Of a stretch of 64,000 nt of DNA, positions 1 through 12,600 are shown piece by piece. The notes under the pieces were generated by a model. It ran no database searches. It was not told the origin of the DNA and saw only the letters and a list, made by a program, of their open reading frames with translations. Position 1 is the first letter of the stretch. The number at the start of each line of letters is the position of its first letter. A program made the translations under genes and the position numbers. Source of the stretch: Podarcis melisellensis (lineage: Eukaryota); NCBI GenBank assembly GCA_964234715.1, contig OZ174276.1. The stretch is one strand, 5' to 3'.

Positions 1-1209
1 GTTGTTTGTTTAATGGCTAATATAAACAAAGAGCTTGGCTAAAATTCAGTTTACCACAGTTTAAATTTGCCCAGTATTGGTCCTTTGGATTCAAACCACA
101 TGCAAATGTGATCAGATGCTCTTAACTGCTGTCAAATGACAGTGGCACAGGGGCGGCGGCTGTGGGCAGGATCCTGCAATCCTAGGGGGTTGGACTAGCT
201 GACCCTCTACAATTCTGTGAGTGGAGGGACCCTGTGTTCACACATGGCAATAAGCTGTCCAGTGCTGAAAGGTCTGCCCCTATATTTTGTCAGTGGAGTT
301 TTCTTCACCAATCCCACTGGTATGGCTTAGCATGCTTTACCTTTATTTAAAATGTTGCAACAAAGCCTTTGCAAAACTGATGAAGAAGCATCACCAGGAG
401 AAGTTCTATAACATAGACCAGCCCATCCATTAGCAAAAATATAAACCTTGTGGGGAAAAGAGGCTTGAGACAATGCGTGTATGTGTGTTCGTTCCAGTCA
501 CAGTAAGTGAAAGCAGCAGACATAAAGACAAGGCAGGCATAAAAAATAAACTAATTCCACCCATGCCTATTTCCATACATTTGCCTCCCACTCCAAGTCA
601 TGCAGTCAGAACTGTGCAAAGTTACTTGGAATAAGAGCAATTTCCCTAGAGTTCTCAGAGCATGAAATGCAGGTGAGCTCCTGCTCAACTCGCCCCTGAG
701 ATTTGCTTTGAAGCATGGTGGCTTCACAATGTGATAGCCAAAGTTACAATACTGGTGGGACTCCACTGACATTGCAAATCTTGGTGGTGGTAATCACAGA
801 GTCGTGAAGGTTTTGTTCAAATGAAGCTCCTTCATCCGTCGCTGTTCATATAGGATAGGCCTGGAAAAACTGTGGTGGGAGAAAGTGTTTTAAAACAGCT
901 GGAGCACCACAGGCCCTGTAAGTCCTGTTGGACTTGATGGGGCTTACTTCTGAGTAGACATGTATAAGACTGCATGGTTAGATTAGTGTAGTGCAACTCA
1001 TGTCCCCAAAATGCTCTTAAGCAAGAGGCTGTTGTCTGGCAAAAGTCTGCAGGCAGGAAAGCAGAGAAAGGAAGCTGAGAGGTGGTTAGAATTGGGCCTT
1101 TTATTATGGCGTTCATTATTTCCCACTGTTAGGATCACTGGGAGATGTTTTCTGGCAACTTAGAACTGGGGTTTTGTTTTTCTGTTCATTTCTTGTTCCT
1201 TAAAAACAG

Positions 1210-1213
1210 CTAT
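1210..1213 (-). CDS. USH1G: USH1G coding exon 3 (4 coding nt, A TAG), followed by 3' UTR
   Basis: Minus strand reads gttaacaaaatttcttttctccgttgcag|ATAG. CT from exon 2 plus A gives Leu, then TAG. This matches the recalled mammalian structure with a 4-nt last coding exon. Confidence 0.75.
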
Positions 1214-1698
1214 CTGCAACGGAGAAAAGAAATTTTGTTAACGTAAAAGGACATTAAGGTACAATTACTGAGCTTCACAGGGCTACAGAGTCATCACTGA
1301 TACAAAAGCATGAAGCAACAAAAATATTACTGGTATCTGTGAGAAGCCCACTGTAAATCCAGCATTCCACAAAATGTTCCTCAAAGCTGCCTAGGAGATT
1401 GCAGTTCCTGTCCTCCATTCTTTGCAACAAGTAAAGAAGCGTACTTAAGTCTTCAGACCTGCTTTACAAATAACCACTTAAGGCCAGGAACAAGAATGGG
1501 ATAACAGGCTTGCGGTTTACCAAGAAGTGGCACAGGTTTTTAATGCCAACACTATGATTAATTGAAGGCTCCCATGCTGTCACATAAGAAATATATTATC
1601 TGACGGCAGCCACTGATTAAGTAGATGAGAGTCTGTTTACAAAGCCAGATCTATCTTTTCTTCAGACCAACCACCTGAATACTATTTTTGCCTTTTAA

Positions 1699-1825
1699 GG
1701 GATGGTGGGGAAACTCTGGCCTTCCAGATGTTGAGTCCCATAAGCATCAGCCGGCACAATCCAATGTACAAGAATTATGGGAGCTGTAGTCTAGCATCTG
1801 AAGGGCTGTGAGTTTCTCATGCCTG
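1699..1825. mobile_element. Decayed palindromic hAT-type MITE
   Basis: Shares ccttccagatgtt...gggagctgtagt...catctg blocks with the intact copies at 36139 and 61432. Similar relics lie near 18590, 25065, 26985 and 34000. Confidence 0.5.
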
Positions 1826-2526
1826 CTTTAAAGCTGCCAACAGGCCCAAACTAGCTGTTGGACAGGTACAAATAGTATGGGGCTATGGGCCAGTAAGCAA
1901 CAGCCAAAGGGAAGTCTCCCCACCACCACACAACACGCTCTTTTAGCAGAGGGTGATGCAATGCAACATCTGAAGCAGCAGGAGGTAGCTCTGCCAGTAC
2001 TGTGCTTGTGAGTTTGCTGATCAGATGGCATGAGCCCAAAAGTCCATAAGAAGACCTGTCCTTGTAAGGGTATGGAGTAGCCCAAGGTCTGTCCCTAGAA
2101 GCTCAGCTTTTGTCTGGTGGTTTGGCCAAGACTGGTTAAAAATGGCCTCCAGTGGCTTTAATGGCAGCACTTTAGTGTTGATTTCACTGGGTAAAAATTA
2201 TATTGATACCAACACTACCTTAATCTAGGTAGCAAAAAGAATCTGATTTAAGACATTACCTCAAGGCATCTTGTGTACCCAGCTTGCAAATATTGAAACA
2301 TTTGTATAAATTCATTTTTGTCAGTCAAGTCAAGTTCTTTCTGCTGGCAATTTTCTGCCGTACGCTATGCAGACATTCTCCTAGCACCCTGGTCTATCGG
2401 AGAATTCCTGTTATTCAAATACATAATATGAATGTACGTAAGAAGTACCATTCTATGCTATGCGCATCGCATGCTGAAGACCTGTGAGCTTCCCATGAGT
2501 GTGAAAGGAGGGGCTCAATTGCTTAC

Positions 2527-3759
2527 AGCTCAGTGTCTTCTATGACTTCAGGGTTCTCCATAGTCTGTCTCCTCCTCTTGCAAGCATCCAGCATCTTTTT
2601 CCGGGGCCCCAGTGGAATGTTGATGCTTTTCAGATCATTGTCCGAACACAGCATAAGAGCTTCCAGGTCAATCTTCTCCTTCTTGAGGATTGAAATGAAC
2701 TCAGACATATGCAAGGAAGCCAGAAAGGTCTCCAAGGGGCTCGTCTCGGGTTCGATATCATCATCCAGGCCCAGCTCCACCTCATCCCACGGCAGCTCCT
2801 CCACATTCCTCTCCTGCAGGCTGTTGGCACTGCCGATGCTGTCATTGAGACTTGGCGAGCGCTGCAGACGGTTGTGAAGTTTTACACCCATCCTGTCCTC
2901 TCCCAGCATGCTGGGGTCATCCTGGCCAATTCCAAACAGTCCACTACTGACATAGTTCCTCCGGAAAACCATCGTGCCAAGTCCAGGTCGATTGAATAAA
3001 GAGTCGTGACCAGAATCAGTGCTGACCTCAGAATGGGCCGAGTCCATGTGCAAACCTGGGTCACTTATGGCACGGGAGACAGTATCTTCGTCCGTCATAA
3101 ACATGTCCCTAACATTGCGCCGAGTCCAGTCCTTTGGGCTAACGTAGGTGCCTTGTTTCACAAACATGACGTCGTTGCCCAGCTGCAAACCAGACAAGGA
3201 CCTCACACTTTTCCTCCCATCCTCGTAGATTTTGAAGGTGCCATCCACTTGCTTCTTTTTCTCCAGCTTCTTCTGGATTTTGGTCTTGCCCTTGGCTGTG
3301 CCGTGTATGGTGGCCTGAGAATATGGCAAGGAAGTCATCATAGACATGTGCTGGAACCTCCTGCTCAGAGTGCTGCTGGAGTAGCTGGAAAAACTCATAG
3401 TGTCCGAGTGGTCAGACATTTCCTTCTTGTACCGCTTCTCCATCCTCTCGTGGTGCTTCTTCTGCATCTTTACACAGTCCTTAATCCGCTTCTCTGCGTC
3501 CTTGAAGGCCTTGTCCTTCAGCTTGCTCACCAGCTTGGGGTTGAGGCCACTCTGCTTGGCAGCAATGGAGTCCAAATAACGCACACATTCCATGTGGCCC
3601 TTCATGGCTGCCATGTCCAGCGGAGTGTGGTAGTCATTGTCCAAACACCAGATGTTGGCCCCAAAAGACACCAGGAAGGAGAGGCAATTGAGATGGCCAT
3701 TGGCTGCTGACAGATGAAGAGGCGTGTTCCCCCAGATATCACATTTGTCTGGGTCACCC
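2527..3759 (-). CDS. USH1G: USH1G coding exon 2 (ankyrin repeats 2-3, central region, SAM, ...EDTEL)
   Basis: Acceptor ttttag|G GGT GAC CCA GAC AAA ([15 protein letters not shown]). ORF 2523-3671 ends LETFLASL...PLGPRKK...EDTEL. Donor CT|GTAAGC; the unspliced read-through stops at TAA 2523-2525. Confidence 0.97.
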
Positions 3760-6167
3760 CTAAAATGCAGGAAACAAATAAGTTAGTGATCAAGGAAGCC
3801 TGTATACCTAATGAGTAGATGTTGCTTAGGACTTGTGAAATGTATCAAATCAGTTTACACAGCCTTATTCTGGCGCTTACCTTACCTGTGGCCCTCAATC
3901 ACAGTAATTCTGGAGCATATTTTTGCAGGAGGAAATCCACACAAGCAGAATTATACCCAATAAGCTTCCCTTCATCTCCTGTCAACAGATCTCTTTCCAC
4001 CCTTCTCCACAATGCATTATTGACCTTTTTTAAAGCTTAGCTTCAGACCTGCTGTGCTTGTTCAGTCTTCTTCTTCCTTTCCTCAGAGTGAGAGAGGGTA
4101 TATTTGAAGTTTGGGGATGGCAAAGGTAGCAAGCAGCACTGACACTGAAGTATGACATTGTGCACTCTCTCGACCTTTTTTGTGTGGGCATGAGGTGAAA
4201 CGAATCCCTGCTTTTCAAATACACTAGAGGTATTGCACAAATTAGAGCAGCTCCTCCCTACCCACTCACGCCTGCTCAAATGCCCTTGGTTATCTTCTCC
4301 AGAAATCCAGGACAGGTTAGCCAGGAGCACATTTCACAAGGGAGCAAAGGTGAGTCCACCTCCAGAACCACAGTCTTCACTAGCACCGAGCTTATAATCA
4401 GGTCAAACCTTTCCCCAGCAAAGTCGGCACAATGGGAGGCTAGTATAATCAGGCATGCTAAAAGCTGCCCTAGTATGCAAACCAAGACTCAGTCCTGCAA
4501 ACAACATTTTGTTATTTTATTTTCTGTCCTGCCCTTTCCCTCAAGGAAATCCAGCTGTCATGCATGTCCCCTGCACCGCCAACTTTATCATCAGTAAAAC
4601 CACCTTTAACCTACCCAGGTGACTTTGAACCAATCATACTACCTCTTAGGGCTTATGCACACTTTTGCCCCACTCTTTCCAGGCATAGGCCAGCACTTGA
4701 AATCTCTGTATCCAAGCATTGTGTTATTTTTGCCCCAGAGCTTTTCCTGCAAAAAAAACTGCTCTTTAGTGCTCAATCAGCACAACTGTCAATACTGGGT
4801 CTTCATATGGAAAACTCTGGGGCAAAGAAAAACAATGCTTGGATACAGAGCTTTAATGGATAAGCCTTGGTTATGTTGAGTTTAAAAAAATAAAATTAAA
4901 TTGTTATCAGTTATGATGTTTTATTTATTGTTTATGACTATTTTTGTTACATTGCAGTTAACTTTCTTTCGTGTTGTAAGCTGCCTTGAGCGTGGCTTGA
5001 ACTGTGGAAAGGTGGCATACAAATTAAATTACGTACGCACGCATCCCACCTCACAAGGTTCTTGTGACGCTTAAAATGGAGGGGAAGGTAGTACCCTGCA
5101 CACTGCCTTTTCCCATTAATATTTTACATTTTTATGGCTGCCCATCAGTACAGTCCACTTGCAAAACATGTGTTCTGCCTCGCTGTCTTTGGAGGAAAGG
5201 CAGCATACAAATATAATATATAAAGCTGAGTGTTGTTGTTGTTTTGAGTAGTGCTTGTTAACTACATAGGCAAAAGGAGAAGACATGTTTTTAAAAGAGC
5301 AGTGTTGCTTAGTGGAGTGCCTTCTCCCTATTTTAATGATATGCTGGAGTGACCGATACAAGATTTCTAAGCCACCCAACTCCAGATAAGCTCTCTGTTG
5401 CGTTTCCCACATAGAGCGAAACCTATCTAACCAGCCAGGCCCAGCAAGCAGCGACCGGAGGTGGGAGGATGAAGTTGTCTGGCAGCAGAACGCTGGAACA
5501 GGTTTCCTTTTGCTTTGTGGCCCTGGGTAAATGAGTACCATCCAGGAGCTGGCAACAGGTTCGCTGCGACTCCTTCGCCAGCCTGCCCTCATCCCTTCAC
5601 CTTGATACTGGCCTAACAGTAGTGGGGAACTCAGGGAAAAGATGAATATTTGATGAATTGCAAGAGGGGTGAATTATTGATGGAGGTTGCTTAAAGAGAC
5701 ACAGAAACTGTAAATGCTGGAGCCGGCTGTGAGCTCAGGGCGTGTGCGGCATTGTTTATGTTTGTTCTGAATGAAGACATGTGCGTTGGAATTGGGCGTG
5801 GAGGCTTGCAAGCAGCCGGAAAAGCGGAATCAGACCCTATTGTTTTCTCCCTGCAAGCGAGAAATGCCACGTGTTTCCCAATAAAGCAATCTATTTCACA
5901 CCGATACAAAGCAGTATCGGGTGCAGGTCCAGGGCAGGAAAATGCAGCTATATCAAAGATTCTTGTTGCCAGTGCAGGAAATTTAAACACGTCTCATCGG
6001 AATGTCCCAGCTTGGAGGGGCTGAGGGAAAAGTGGGTGACGGTTGCTTCCCTCGTAACCTTTGGTTGGAATGTGAATTCACCAAAGCTTAGCGACTGAAA
6101 CGTTAAGCAAAACTATTTAGATCCACTTCACAATGAGCATTTTTTCACTGCCCTGAGCTGGAACTTG

Positions 6168-6395
6168 ACATAAGAATCCTGCTAGAGTAAGCCAATGGGC
6201 CACCCAGCTGCCAATGGCATTCTGTCCCCACAGTGGCCAACCAGACACCTATGGGAAACAAGCAAACAGGATCCGGCCATGAGGGTACTCTGTCCTCCCA
6301 TTGCTTCCTGTGACCATGGAGACAGAGCATAGCCATCATGGCTAGTAGACATTAATAGCCTTACCTTCCATGAATTTGTCCAGTGCTTTCAAGAT
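6168..6395 (-). mobile_element. CR1-type LINE 3' fragment
   Basis: acataagaa...cacagtggccaaccaga...tagccatcatggctagtag...catgaatttgtc; reverse-complement homologue of 34190-34455. Confidence 0.6.
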
Positions 6396-7359
6396 GGGAG
6401 CTGCGAAATACAATACAACCGTTCCTTGCACCACATTGTGCTGCAGCCCCTCATTATTGAAAATTGCAACACAAATTTAGCCGCTAAACCATAGAGTATC
6501 CGGGCTGGAAAGAAGCAGCATGCCTCATATTGTCCTCTCTTACATTCACCCACTTGCTTACCCAGCCCAAGGCATGTTAGTGCCTGAAGCAGGAAAAATC
6601 CCAGTGGAACCTACCTCCCAAATAGTGGCTAGTCTCATGACACAAGTGACAGCTTGTTGCTCTTTAAATAGTACTTTAAAATCTAGTGCCCAGTGTGACC
6701 TGCCTCCACCTGCTAAAAGGTAGGCCTCAGTCTGGATAGCAGCTTCTGCTGCTGCCGGATGATTTCAGGCAGGTTGTAAGGGTTTGTTGGTTTGTTCCTT
6801 CTTCAATTTGGGCCTTGAAAATCAGTGAAGAGTCTTGTGGAACCTTGAAAGATTAACCATATTTTTATAGCATAAGCTTAAAGCTACTGCTACTGCTGCT
6901 ACTACTACTACTAAATAGGATATTTAGTATTTAATTTGCCACAATACTCTCCTTTTTTGGTTGCAACAGACTCACTCTGGAAATTTGTTTCAATGAAAAT
7001 GACTTCGTGAAGAGCCAATGTTTGAGAAGGGTCTTTACATTAAAATCGTGAGGTGTGGATTAGTACTCGAGGCAGATGGGGGATGCTGGCAGCTCCAGGC
7101 AGGGCATTAGGCAGAGTGGGGTGACCGCCTCAGGGAGCAGCCCTCAAATGTTCCTCTTGAACACACATCCCCTCTGCCATTCCCTTCTGTTGCCACATTG
7201 CTTGTCCTGCACGCTACTGTGGCCTGGTGCCTCAGATACAGTGGAGAAAGCTGTTGCATCCCCAGTGTTGATATCAGATTCCACTGCCATTCCAATTGAT
7301 TTCTGCGCTTGGAATGTGGAGGGACGCCATCTTGTCTGCCTCAGGTAGCAAGACGACTT

Positions 7360-7604
7360 GAAGAAGAAGAAGAGTTTGGATTTGATATCCCACTTTATCA
7401 CTACCCGAAGAAGTCTCAAAGTGGCTCACATTCTCCTTTCCCTTCCTCCCCCACGACAAACACTCTGTGAGGTGAGTGGGGCTGAGAGACTTCAAAGAAG
7501 TGTGACTAGCCCAAGGTCACCCAGCAGCTACATGTGGAGGAGCGGGGAAGCGAACCCATTTCACCAGATTACGAGTCTACCGCTCTTAACCACTACACCA
7601 CACT
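7360..7604 (-). mobile_element. tRNA-derived SINE (Squam3-like)
   Basis: Minus strand has box A TGGTGTAGTGG, box B GGTTCGCTTCC and a (CTT)n tail; about 245 nt. Family name is from recall. Confidence 0.75.
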
Positions 7605-8458
7605 TGGGCCAGCCCTGGCTCTGGGACTGCTTGATTCCCACATTGGAAGGGCTCTCATACTGCAAACATACTCCATGACTAGGTCAAGTTTCAGTGCCAA
7701 GTGCCAGATTGGTGTGCTTTCCATTCCGCTCCAGCATAGGATTTCTGTAACCTCGCTGCACGGCCGCCTCCTTTGTCTGGTATGATGTGAAGTGCTTCCG
7801 CAACACAGCTGGACACCATCGTTATGTGGGACAGGGTGCGTGAGCGGGGCTACAAGGAACGCGAGAAACCAAGTAGCCATGTGATGCAGGGAGAGGAAGA
7901 GGTCTGTCCAAAAGCCTCCTTCCCACTTGACCGATACCAGATCATCCTTTATGGGAAATTCAGTAATCCCTGCTAACAACATCCAGGCAGGAAAAACATA
8001 ATTAAGTGCAATGACTGGTGGCAGTTACAAAACCACCAGAAGCAGGAATCAGCAAGAACCAGTAACCAGGGGGAAGTCCCTTTGCTAGGTGGAACATTTC
8101 CCGTCTGGCATTGGGGGAAGTGCATGGGAAGGGGTAAGGTTGCATCAAGCTCCAATTAATGTGAGCCCAAGCTTAATCACAGTTAATAATAATCTAATTG
8201 GCTGTGATGTTTGCTTAATTGTGACATATTGCCGCTTCCAAGCACTTACAGCGCTTCCCTTTAAAAAAATGCCACCAAAATACCCTATAGATAACTGTTT
8301 CTCAAAGAGTGGGCCGGGACCCACCAGTGGGCCTTGGGACGCTTTCAGATGGGCCTCAATGCCACAGTCTGCCCACTGCCCCCTCCTCACTTGCCTTCCC
8401 TGCTTTTGGCCACGCCATACCCTTTTGGTTGGACCAATGGCAGTATCAGCCAACTGCT

Positions 8459-8549
8459 TAAAAGTTAAAGGGCCCACTGATCATTATGTCCAGTTGTGGC
8501 CGACTCTGGGGTTGCGGTGCTCATCAAGCTTTATTGGCCGAGGGAGCCA
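8459..8549 (-). mobile_element. Sauria SINE 3' fragment
   Basis: gactctggggttgcggtgctcatc...tttattggccgagggagcc matches the other copies in the window. Confidence 0.85.
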
Positions 8550-9419
8550 ATAGTAGTAAGTAAGTCTGTAGTAAGCAGAGCTCTGGAACTCATTGACGCA
8601 AGGAAATTGCTGTGGCAAAGAAGTAGGCCATTTCAAAAGATGGATTAGGTGTAACTAGAAGGTGATGTCAGCAACGGCTAGCTGCTTATGCCGAAGTCTG
8701 CATCCATCTGCCACCATTTTGTGATGGGTGTGCTTCAGTAATTTTTGCCTGTTCCAAATGGGTCCTAGGGAGCAGATAGTTTGAGAACGCCTGCTTTTGT
8801 TAACCCAACAAGTGGCCTACATTGAGCAGCCTCTTTTTATCTTCTGTAAACCTCAGCCCCATCCGTTTGTTGCCACATATAGTGATGCAACAGCTATAAA
8901 TGAGGCCCTCACTATTTGCATACATAATATTTATGAGTAATCACAGGTATTTAGGATTGCCATTTTTTGTCGCCATGGATTCTATGCCTTAAACAGACAC
9001 GTGATAGGCAGAAATGCTAAGGTTGTAGCTTTTCCCAGCCTTGTGATGCTATCATGACAGGGTAAAAAGGCCTTTGTTGAATTTCTGCTCCTTCTTGACA
9101 CTTGTAAATGTACAGGATCACAGCGTCTAAATGTAAAATAAATACAGAAAAGGATGCTACAACTACATTAAAGGGAACCACTGAGTTCTCTTGAAGCATC
9201 TGCAAGATGTACAGACCACTGGACCACTGTGGATTTTATTTTTAACTGCTCTAGCCAGCACATTCACTCACTTCCAACACATTTTTGGAACTTTATAAAC
9301 AAAAAAACAAATCTCTGACATTCTGTGCTCATCTATCTCCTTGCATGTCAGCCTTCTCATGAAGTGCCTTCCTGGAACAGGCAGAAATCTGAGAGGGAAG
9401 GGACCATAACAGGCTAGTA

Positions 9420-9658
9420 CAGTGGTACCTCAGTTTACAAACTTAATCCGTTCCGAAAGTCCATTCTTAAACCAAAGCTGTTCTTAAACTGAGGTGCGCT
9501 TTCCCTAATGAGGCCTCCCGCCACCGGCCTTTCCACCGTTTGGCCTTCGTTCGTAGACAGAGGTAAAGTTCACTAACCGGAACACTAATTCCGGTTTTGT
9601 GGAGTTCATATACTGAATAGTTCGTAAACAGGGCTGTTCTTAAACTAAGGTACCACTG
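9420..9658. mobile_element. Tc1/mariner-pogo-type MITE (TIR CAGTGGTACC)
   Basis: ta|CAGTGGTACCTCAGTTTA ... TAAACTAAGGTACCACTG|ca, about 240 bp. Confidence 0.85.
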
Positions 9659-12600
9659 CATTTGGAAACATGTGATCTTTAAGTGGGGAGTAAGTGTCCA
9701 TCTGTATCCTCCACTGCAGGGATTTTTTTCAGTGGGCAGAAGTTAGCAAGTCTGAGTATAGAGGCTCAAGTGTCTTTACAACATTTGGTAAACTAAATCT
9801 TGTTGGGATTTCTATAAGTCTACAATCCTCACGATCACTACTCAGTAATTAAAAATATTGCCTTGCAAATTACTGATGTCCTGACTTCAGAGAGAATTAA
9901 CTCAGATTCTGGGCAAGGATCAATTATTGCCATGAGTAACCAGACAGGGAAATGATCTTGGCCGTGTCGTCTGTCTAAATTTTTAAAAGACTTCTGCCTC
10001 TTTTGCCCTAGAGGGCTACATAAAAATGTCAAATTAATTTTATAATTGGTGTAGAGGCTCAAGGCGGCTTATATTATTTTCCCTGCAGCCTGTCTAAGGC
10101 AGGAAGAGGCACCAACAGGTGTGCCTAGCTGGAGAAGGGAAGGATGGGAGAGGGTAGCATGCATGCATGGCAAGCATGCAGGATAAAAATGAAAAACCAG
10201 GGGAGAGAAGCTATGAGATTGTGCAAAATTTGGGGTGGAGGAAGGGTACAATAGAAGGACGACAGCAGATTGCAAAACAACCTTGCTGTGTGTTAAGCCA
10301 CTAATGTGAAAACATCCTACATCAGGGATGGGGAACCTTTGTACAAGGTTGGCAGGCTGCCCACCTGTCACTCAACTGGTGTCACTATGGCAACAGGCGA
10401 TGCTGCGCTTTGGAGTCCCAGGTCGTCAAAACTTCCAGAACTGTTTGAAAGCCTTTTGCTGTTTCCCTCCCCTCTTACTTTGGATTTGCACCAGCTGAAG
10501 CTTAAGCCCTGCCTAGATCAGGTGGAGTTCCATGCATTTGCACTCCAGAGCCTGCCTGTGAGGAAGTGTGGGATCAAGCTGAAGCCATGAATTCAAATCC
10601 AGAGCAGGAAGTATAGCTAAGATCAGGGTCTCCGCATCCTGCAAATCTGAACACTGCACACTGCATTTGGTCTACAACTGAATTATGAAAAGAGAGCACC
10701 TCTGGCATTCACCCAGGAATGAAACAAACAGGGGGGAACGACACATTCTTTAATGAGTGTGTTGTTGCCAAAATAACACACTGCCACCTCATCTCCTGAA
10801 ACAGTTCATTGTGAAGCCCAGCTAATCATAAGCTGGCCCATCTCCCATCTTGGGCACTGCTGCTGATGAGCTTGTCAAAAACTCTCACTAAAGAGCAATT
10901 GTCACTCTCGGAGGCTGTGGCACCAAATGCCAGCTTGCCTCCCTTTTCCCAGCCATCACATTAATTGTGTTCCTTTCCCTCATTAGCGCACAGCCAGGAG
11001 GATGAAAGAGGCCTTTTGTCTGACTAATGAACAGGGCAGATCTACCACCAAATCCTCCTCTCTTCCCCACAATCCTGCCTTCATCATGTGCTGTACAAAA
11101 TACGAACATGGTGTTTCTGCAGAGCTGTGCACCCAGACAAATCCTTCGTGTGCAACAGTGGTATTGCCTCATTGTTCCCTACGTTGTGCATTGAGAGGAT
11201 AAAGTGGTCACACAGCTGATATAAGATTTGGGAGTGAGGCCTATGATCATAGCCTCCATATTCACCAGATATCCGTTTTGGAAAAGCTAAGGGAGGCAGT
11301 CCAGACAGCAATTTATCCTCCAGTCTAGCACACCAAAGCACATTCACCCACTGATTACTGGTGCATGAATGTCTGCAGGAATTAGTTGCAATTGTGCAAA
11401 AGTATTTGTCCAACAGAAGACCTAAACAACTGGAGCTCATAATCTTCTGCAACAGAGTTAAGTTCCCTGCTGATTTCTGCTTGGCAGCTAGGCAGCTGTG
11501 CCAATACAGGCTATGTTACTGTCGTTAATTGGGGGACTGGGGGAGAATAGTGACATTGCAGATGCAGGTAAACTTTCCCAGCCAATACTGAGCATCAATA
11601 ATTTTGCTTCTCTGCACGCAGCAAGGCCTCCTCCCTCCCTCTTGCAAATTCCGTGCTGTTTTAATTAAGCGCCAGGGTATATTTCTTCCATCTCTGACAA
11701 ACTGTGGCCAATGATGAAAGCACCTTTTAAAGAGCCAGCCTCATCTGTCTTTTCCTAATAACATTCATCACCAAAAGGGCATGAGCATTCCTCTCTACTA
11801 TATCCTCCCCACTGACAGCAAGCACATAGTATTTTCAGTTCATTAAACACTAGCTGAGCTGCAGGGAAGATGCTCATCCAGAACCATCTATTCCAGTCCA
11901 AATGTACCATCTTGCTGCAGAAATCCACATTTAAGCCCATTTGAGGGGTGGCAAAATTGTATGGAACTGCAGCCAACACTGAAAAATTAGGGGAATGCCG
12001 CTTACCCATCAGATAATAATGAGAGCACTTGTATTTAGTGCTCAGAGGAGAAACATATAAAAATGTGTGCATTAGCAATCCTGGAAATCAAAAAGCCTCA
12101 ATGTAAGGCAAGTTAGTGTAATGACTTGTTCTTTGCTTTCTGTGCGAAAGCTGAGATTTCAAAAGACCTTTTGAAAGGGACCTGCTTTGGCCCAAAAGGT
12201 TATAGGCTCCGGTGCTTCTCCTGCACACTGGAGCTATCTGAGAGCTGCTTGGACACTTCAGCAATTAAGCAGCATATGAATATCTTAAATAAATAAATAC
12301 TTTGAATTTCTAATAGTCCAGCAGCACCTGCCCAAGCAGTTTCAGCAAACCTCATACAGTACTAGCTATGGTCCCTGGTCAACTGATCTATGCTGGAGCT
12401 CTGCACTGACTGGCCTCAGGTGAACTTCCATTCCTATCCCTACGTTCATTTGGGGAATGGGAACAACAGCACTCCAATCTTGCAGATTTGTGAACAGCAG
12501 TGGCTGAACTGAGGATACCTTAGATTATTTGGTCACCACAGAACTCATAGCCTTCATCCAACAGTTAGAGCTGATTTTGCATAGTGCCCATCTTCAATAG

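Noticed and set aside
1596-1602. Alternative USH1G last-exon acceptor (gtcag|ATAA, would also give Leu-stop)
   Set aside because: No polypyrimidine tract; the 1214 acceptor is much stronger.
3006-3710. 234-aa + strand ORF (and neighbours at 2533 and 2709)
   Set aside because: Antisense shadow of GC-rich USH1G exon 2; no recognisable protein and no independent splice signals.
5116-5592. 158-aa - strand ORF in USH1G intron 1
   Set aside because: No recognisable domain, intron-like composition, and no evidence of exon use.
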